This document shows positions 58,801 through 64,000 of a DNA stretch of 64,000 nucleotides, one piece after another. The DNA is taken from the NCBI GenBank assembly GCA_965240325.2, contig OZ251253.1:1-64000 (forward strand). Reading direction: 5' to 3'. Position numbers and translations under genes: made by a program. Positions within the stretch are counted from its first letter, which is position 1; each line of letters starts with the position of its first letter. The notes under the pieces are model-generated. The model was not told the origin of the DNA. It made no database searches and was given only the letters and a program-made list of their open reading frames with translations. The DNA is from Rebecca billardiae RCC1528 (Eukaryota; Protista; Haptophyta).

Positions 58801-61204
58801 GACGTACTCCTCGCGGTCGAAGCTCGGCGGGGGCGAGGGCGACGGCGGCAGCGGCGGCGGCGACGGCGGCACGTGCCGATGCGGCGCGTCGACCACCAGC
58901 ACGCCCAGCGCGCGAGAGAGCGCCTCGAGGTCGGCGGGCGACGACGCGCTCGCGCCGGGCGTGAGCACAGCCACAGCGTCGACCGCGCGCTCGCCCGCGC
59001 CGCTGTCCGTGCTGAGCGTGAACACCACGTCCAGCAGCCCGTCGTCCGTGGTCGTCACAGCGCCCACGGCCAGCCGCTCCACGCCCACGCCCAGCGCATC
59101 GGCGAGCGAGGCGAGCACGAAGCTGCTCGCGCCGTCAAACTCGGCGGCCGTCACGTTCAGCGTGAGCGCCACGTACTGCGTGCCCGCGGACGCGTCGGGC
59201 GGCGGGCTCGGTGGCGAGGGCGGGCGCGGAGGCGGTGACGGCGCAGCAGGCGGTGCGGGTGGCGGCGAAGACGGGCGTGGCGGCGAAGGCGGCGGCGAGG
59301 GCGGCGCGTGCGCCCGGGGCGCGCTGGCCACGGGCAATCCCAGCAGCGCCGACAGCTCGGCCAGGCTCGCCGGAGACTCGGCCGTCGCGCCCGGCGTGAG
59401 CAAGCCCACCGGGTCGGCGACGGGCACCTCGTCGAGCAGCGGCGCCGTCGTCACGCGGACCACCACGTCGAGCAGCCCGCCCTCGCCGCTCGACACCGAG
59501 TCGATCACCACGCGATCAGCGTCGACGCCCAGCTGCGCCGCGAGCGCCTCGCGCACCGCGTCGCTCGACGCTGCAAACGCGGCCGCGCTCGCGTCCACGC
59601 TCAGCGCGATGTACTGGTTGGTGCCAAAGTCGGGCGGCGGCGAGGGCGGCGAGGGCGGCGCCGAGGGCGGCATGAAGCCGCGCGGCACCGAGAGCACGGG
59701 CGTGCCGAGGAGGCTCGACAGCTCCGCGAGGGTGCCCGGCGACTCGTCAGTCGCGCCCGGCGCGAGAACGGACAGCGCGTCCACTGCGAGCTCGCCCGCC
59801 ACAGCGTCGGTCGTCACCTTGATCACCACCTCGAGCCCGCCACCGTCCACGCCGCCGGTCGATTCGACACTCACGCGGTCGGCGCTCACGCCCAGCTGCG
59901 CAGCGATCGCCGCGAGCGTCGACGCCGCCGTCGCGTCGAACGCCTCCGCGCTCGTGTCGAGCACGAGGGCCACGTACTGCGCGACCGAGAAGTCGGGCGG
60001 CGGATGTGGCGGCGGCGACGGCGGCGGCGGCGGCGTGGGCGGCGAGGGCGGCGGCGAAGGCGGCGACGAAGGCGGCACGTGGTTGAACGGCTGCGCGCGC
60101 ACGGGCACGCCCAGCGCGGCCGAGAGCTCAGCCAGGCTCGCAGGCGACGTCGGCGTCACGCCCGGCGCGAGCGCAGCGGCAGGGTCCACCGGCGTCTCGC
60201 CAGCGGCCACGTCCGTCGTCACCTTGAACACCACGCTCAGCAGCCCGCCCTCGCTCCGCACCTGCTCGACGCTCACGCGAGACGCGTCCACGCCGAGCTC
60301 GGCCGCCACGCGCGACACCGTCTGCGCCGTCACCGCGGCGAACGCGACGGGCGTCATGTCGAGCTGCAGCACGACGTACTCCTCGCGGTCGAAGCTCGGC
60401 GGGGGCGACGGCGACGGCGGCAGCGGCGGCGGCGACGGCGGCACGTGCCGATGCGGCGCGTCGACCACCAGCACGCCCAGCGCGCGAGAGAGCGCCTCGA
60501 GGTCGGCGGGCGACGACGCGCTCGCGCCGGGCGTGAGCACAGCCACAGCGTCGACCGCGCGCTCGCCCGCGCCGCCGTCCGTGCTGAGCGTGAACACCAC
60601 GTCCAGCAGCCCGTCGTCCGTGGTCGTCACAGAGCCCACGGTCAGCCGCTCCACGCCCACGCCCAGCGCGTCGGCGAGCGAGGCGAGCAGGAAGCTGCTC
60701 GCGCCGTCAAACTCGGCGGCCGTCACGTTCAGCGTGAGCGCCACGTACTGCGTGCCCGCGGACGCGTCGGGCGGCGGGCTCGGCGGCGAGGGCGGGCGCG
60801 GAGGCGGCGACGGCGCCGATGGCGGTGCGGGTGGCGGCGAAGACGGGCGTGGCGGCGAAGGCGGCGGCGAAGGCGGCGCGTGCGCCCGGGGCGCGCTGCC
60901 CACGGGCACGCCCAGCAGCGCCGACAGCTCGGCCAGGCTCGCCGGAGACTCGGACGTCGCGCCCGGCGTGAGCAAGCCCACCGGGTCGGCGACGGGCACC
61001 TCGTCGAGCAGCGGCGCCGTCGTCACGCGGACCACCACGTCGAGCAGCCCGCCCTCGCCGCTCGACACCGAGTCGATCACCACGCGGTCCGGATCGACGC
61101 CCAGCTGCGCCGCGAGCGCCTCGCGCACCGCGTCGCTCGACGCTGCAAACGCGGCCGCGCTCGCCTCCACGCTCAGCGCGATGTACTGGTTGGTGCCAAA
61201 GTCG

Positions 61205-61235
<31 letters not shown>

Positions 61236-64000
61236 AGGGCGGCATGAAGCCGCGCGGCACCGAGAGCACGGGCGTGCCGAGGAGGCTCGACAGCTCCGCC
61301 AGGGTGCCCGGAGACTCGTCAGTCGCACCCGGCGCGAGAACGGACAGCGCGTCCACTGCGAGCTCGCCCGCCACGGCGTCGGTCGTCACCTTGATCACCA
61401 CCTCGAGCCCGCCACCGTCCACGCCGCCGGTCGATTCGACACTCACGCGGTCTGCGCTCACGCCCAGCTGCGCAGCGATCGCCGCGAGCGTCGACGCCGC
61501 CGTCGCGTCGAACGCGTCCGCGCTCGTGTCGAGCACGAGGGCCACGTACTGCGCGCGCGTGTAGTCTGGCGGTGGCTGCGGCGGCGCAGAGGGCGACGCG
61601 GGCGGCGACGAGGGCGGCACGTGGTTGAACGGCTGAGCGCGCACGGGCACGCCCAGCGCCGCGGACAGCTCGGCAAGGCTTGTGAACGAGCTCGCGGTCG
61701 CGCCAGGGGTGAGCATGGCGGCCACGTCAACACTCGGCTCACCCGCCGACTCAGCCGTCGTCACCTTCAGCACCACGCTGAGCAGACCGGCCTCACTCCG
61801 CACCTGCTCGACGCTCACGCGCGACGCGTCCACGCCGAGCTCGGCCGCCACGCGCGACACCGTCTGCGCAGAGACGGACGCGAACGCGACAGAGCTCATG
61901 TCGAGCCGCAGCGCGACGTACTGCTCGCTGTCGAAGCTCGGCGGGGGCGAGGGCGACGGCGGCAGCGGCGGCGGCGATGGCGGCACGTGCCGATGCGGCG
62001 CGTCGACCACCAGCACGCCCAGCGCGCGAGAGAGCGCCTCGAGGTCGGCGGGCGACGACGCGCTCGCGCCGGGCGTGAGCACAGCCACAGCGTCGACCGC
62101 GCGCTCGCCCGCGCCGCTGTCCGTGCTGAGCGTGAACACCACGTCCAGCAGCCCGTCGTCCGTGGTCGTCACAGAGCCCACGGCCAGCCGCTCCACGCCC
62201 ACGCCCAGCGCGTCGGCAAGCGAGGCGAGCACGAAGCTGCTCGCGCCGTCAAACTCGGCGGCCGTCACGTTCAGCGTGAGCGCCACGTACTGCGTGCCCG
62301 CGGACGCGTCGGGCGGCGGGCTCGGCGGCGAGGGCGGGAGCGGAGGCGGCCACGGCGCCGCGGGTGGTGCGGGTGGCGGCGAAGACGGGCGTGGCGGCGA
62401 GGGTGGCGGCGACGGCGGTGCGTGCGCCCGGGGCGCGCTGGCCGCGGGCAATCCCAGCAGCGCCGACAGCTCGGCCAGGCTCGCCGGAGACTCGGCCGTC
62501 GCGCCAGGCGTGAGCAAGCCCACCGGGTCGGCGACGGGCACCTCGTCGAGCAGCGGCGCCGTCGTCACGCGGACCACCACGTCGAGCAGCCCGCCCTCGC
62601 CGCTCGACACCGAGTCGATCACCACGCGGTCCGGGTCGACGCCCAGCTGCGCCGCGAGCGCCTCGCGCACCGCGTCGCTCGACGCTGCAAACGCGGCCGC
62701 GCTCGCGTCCACGCTCAGCGCGATGTACTGGTTGGTGCCAAAGTCGGGCGGCGGCGAGGGCGGCGAGGGCGGCGCCGAGGGCGGCATGAAGCCGCGCGGC
62801 ACCGAGAGCACGGGCGTGCCGAGGAGGCTCGACAGCTCCGCGAGGGTGCCCGGCGACTCGTCAGTCGCGCCCGGCGCGAGAACGGACAGCGCGTCCACTG
62901 CGAGCTCGCCCGCCACAGCGTCGGTCGTCACCTTGATCACCACCTCGAGCCCGCCACCGTCCACGCCGCGGGTCGATTCGACACTCACGCGGTCAACGCT
63001 CACGCCAAGCTGCGCAGCGATCGCCACGAGCGTCGACGCCGCCGTTGCACCAAATGCGTCCGCGCTCGTGTCGAGCACGAGGGCCACGTACTGCGCGACC
63101 GAGAAGTCGGGCGGCGGATGTGGCGGCGGCGACGGCGGCGGCGGCGGCGTGGGCGGCGAGGGCGGCGGCGAAGGCGGCGACGAGGGCGGCACGTGGTTGA
63201 ACGGCTGCGCGCGCACGGGCACGCCCAGCGCGGCCGAGAGCTCAGCCAGGCTGGTTGGCGACGTCGGCGTCGCGCCCGGCGCGAGCGCGGCGGCAGGGTC
63301 TACCGGCGTCTCGCCCGCGGCCGCGTCCGTCGTCACCTTGAACACCACGCTCAGCAGCCCGCCCTCGCTCCGCACCTGCTCGACGCTCACGCGCGACGCG
63401 TCCACGCCGAGCTCGGCCGCCACGCGCGACACCGTCTGCGCCGTCACCGCCGCGAATGCGACGGGCGTCATGTCGAGCTGCAGCACGACGTACTCCTCGC
63501 GGTCGAAGCTCGGCGGGGGCGAGGGCGACGGCGGCAGCGGCGGCGGCGACGGCGGCACGTGCCGGTGCGGCGCGTCGACCACCAGCACGCCCAGTGCGCG
63601 AGAGAGCGCCTCGAGGTCTGAGGGCGACGACGCGCTCGCGCCGGGCGTGAGCACAGCCACTGCGTCGACCGCGCGCTCGCCCGCGCCGCTGTCCGTGCTG
63701 AGCGTGAACACCACGTCCAGCAGCCCGTCGTCAGTTGTCGTCACAGAGCCCACGGCCAGCCGCTCCATGCCCACGCCCAGCGCGTCAGCGAGCGAGGCGA
63801 GCAGGAAGCTGCTCGCGCCGTCAAACTCGGCGGCCGTCACGTTCAGCGTGAGCGCCACGTACTGCGTGCCCGCGGACGCGTCGGGCGGCGGGCTCGGCGG
63901 CGAGGGCGGGCGCGGAGGCGGCGACGGCGCCGATGGCGGTGCGGGTGGCGGCGAAGACGGGCGTGGCGGCGAAGGCGGCGGCGAAGGCGGCGCGTGCGCC
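33562..64000 (-). CDS. Giant (>10,100 aa, 5'-partial) polycystin-1/PKD-REJ-like, GPS-containing cell-surface receptor
   Basis: One uninterrupted frame runs to the window edge. It contains a repetitive ectodomain, IPT/TIG-like segments (LHPPAGPVGGGTVVTLQGVGF; PSVTSVSPASGVAGTRTTIAGVGF), REJ-like segments (RAVIAGGDRRV..VDASASVDP; NRPPFGGTLSVSPARGAALETRFTLLTAGWTDDADDLPLLYSF), GPS CHHYDEAARVWTQSGC..CLCTHLTDFA (~38226-38349), about 5 TM helices, and the EF loop DLDGDGLVSAPE (~33952-33987). Confidence 0.92.
42370..64000 (-). repeat. Coding higher-order tandem repeat: a 1572-bp (524-aa) unit of four ~100-aa modules with Ser-Pro linkers; 13 full units plus one partial in the window
   Basis: The anchor G[TM]QYVALTLNV falls at 43483, 45025, 46597, 48169, 49741, 51313, 52885, 54457, 56029, 57601, 59173, 60745, 62287 and 63859. 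Spacing is 1572 bp, with two intervals of 1542 bp. Confidence 0.97.

Noticed and set aside
33494-63621. Very long + strand ORFs (1000-2600 aa)
   Set aside because: They are antisense shadows of the giant - strand gene, caused by extreme GC3 bias. The translations are Arg/Ala/Ser/Gly low-complexity with no domains.

Overview
Left end of a chromosome from a very GC-rich eukaryotic microalga. The (CCCTAA)n telomere, plastid-targeted PTOX, extreme GC3 and GC-rich GTGCGC...CGCAG introns suggest a haptophyte such as Diacronema/Pavlova; this is inference, not proven. From the chromosome end inward: (1) about 2.45 kb of telomeric repeat with an inverted-telomere junction and an 18-bp inverted repeat. 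(2) A distal subtelomeric block (about 2.5-10.6 kb) with a degenerate Ulp1/SENP-like gene and a large orphan ORF containing a degenerate methyltransferase-like fold. (3) A 6.6-kb array of a 185/186-bp satellite. (4) Seven co-oriented + strand genes: GOS1-type SNARE, 4-TM membrane protein, divergent CDC20-like protein without an IR tail, membrin SNARE, SEH1, SNM1/Artemis-family nuclease and an EF-hand-PTOX fusion, with a decayed hAT-like DNA transposon between the first two. (5) A roughly 100-bp near-perfect palindrome in a MITE-like arrangement. (6) A 5'-truncated, intronless ORF of more than 30 kb (more than 10,100 aa) on the - strand, encoding a giant polycystin-1/adhesion-receptor-like protein: at least 55 repeated ~100-aa modules with Ser-Pro linkers in a 1572-bp higher-order unit, then IPT/TIG, REJ, GAIN/GPS, about 5 TM helices and a cytoplasmic EF-hand. 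The two most striking items are the EF-hand-PTOX fusion and this giant receptor. All family assignments come from motif recognition by eye, not database searches.
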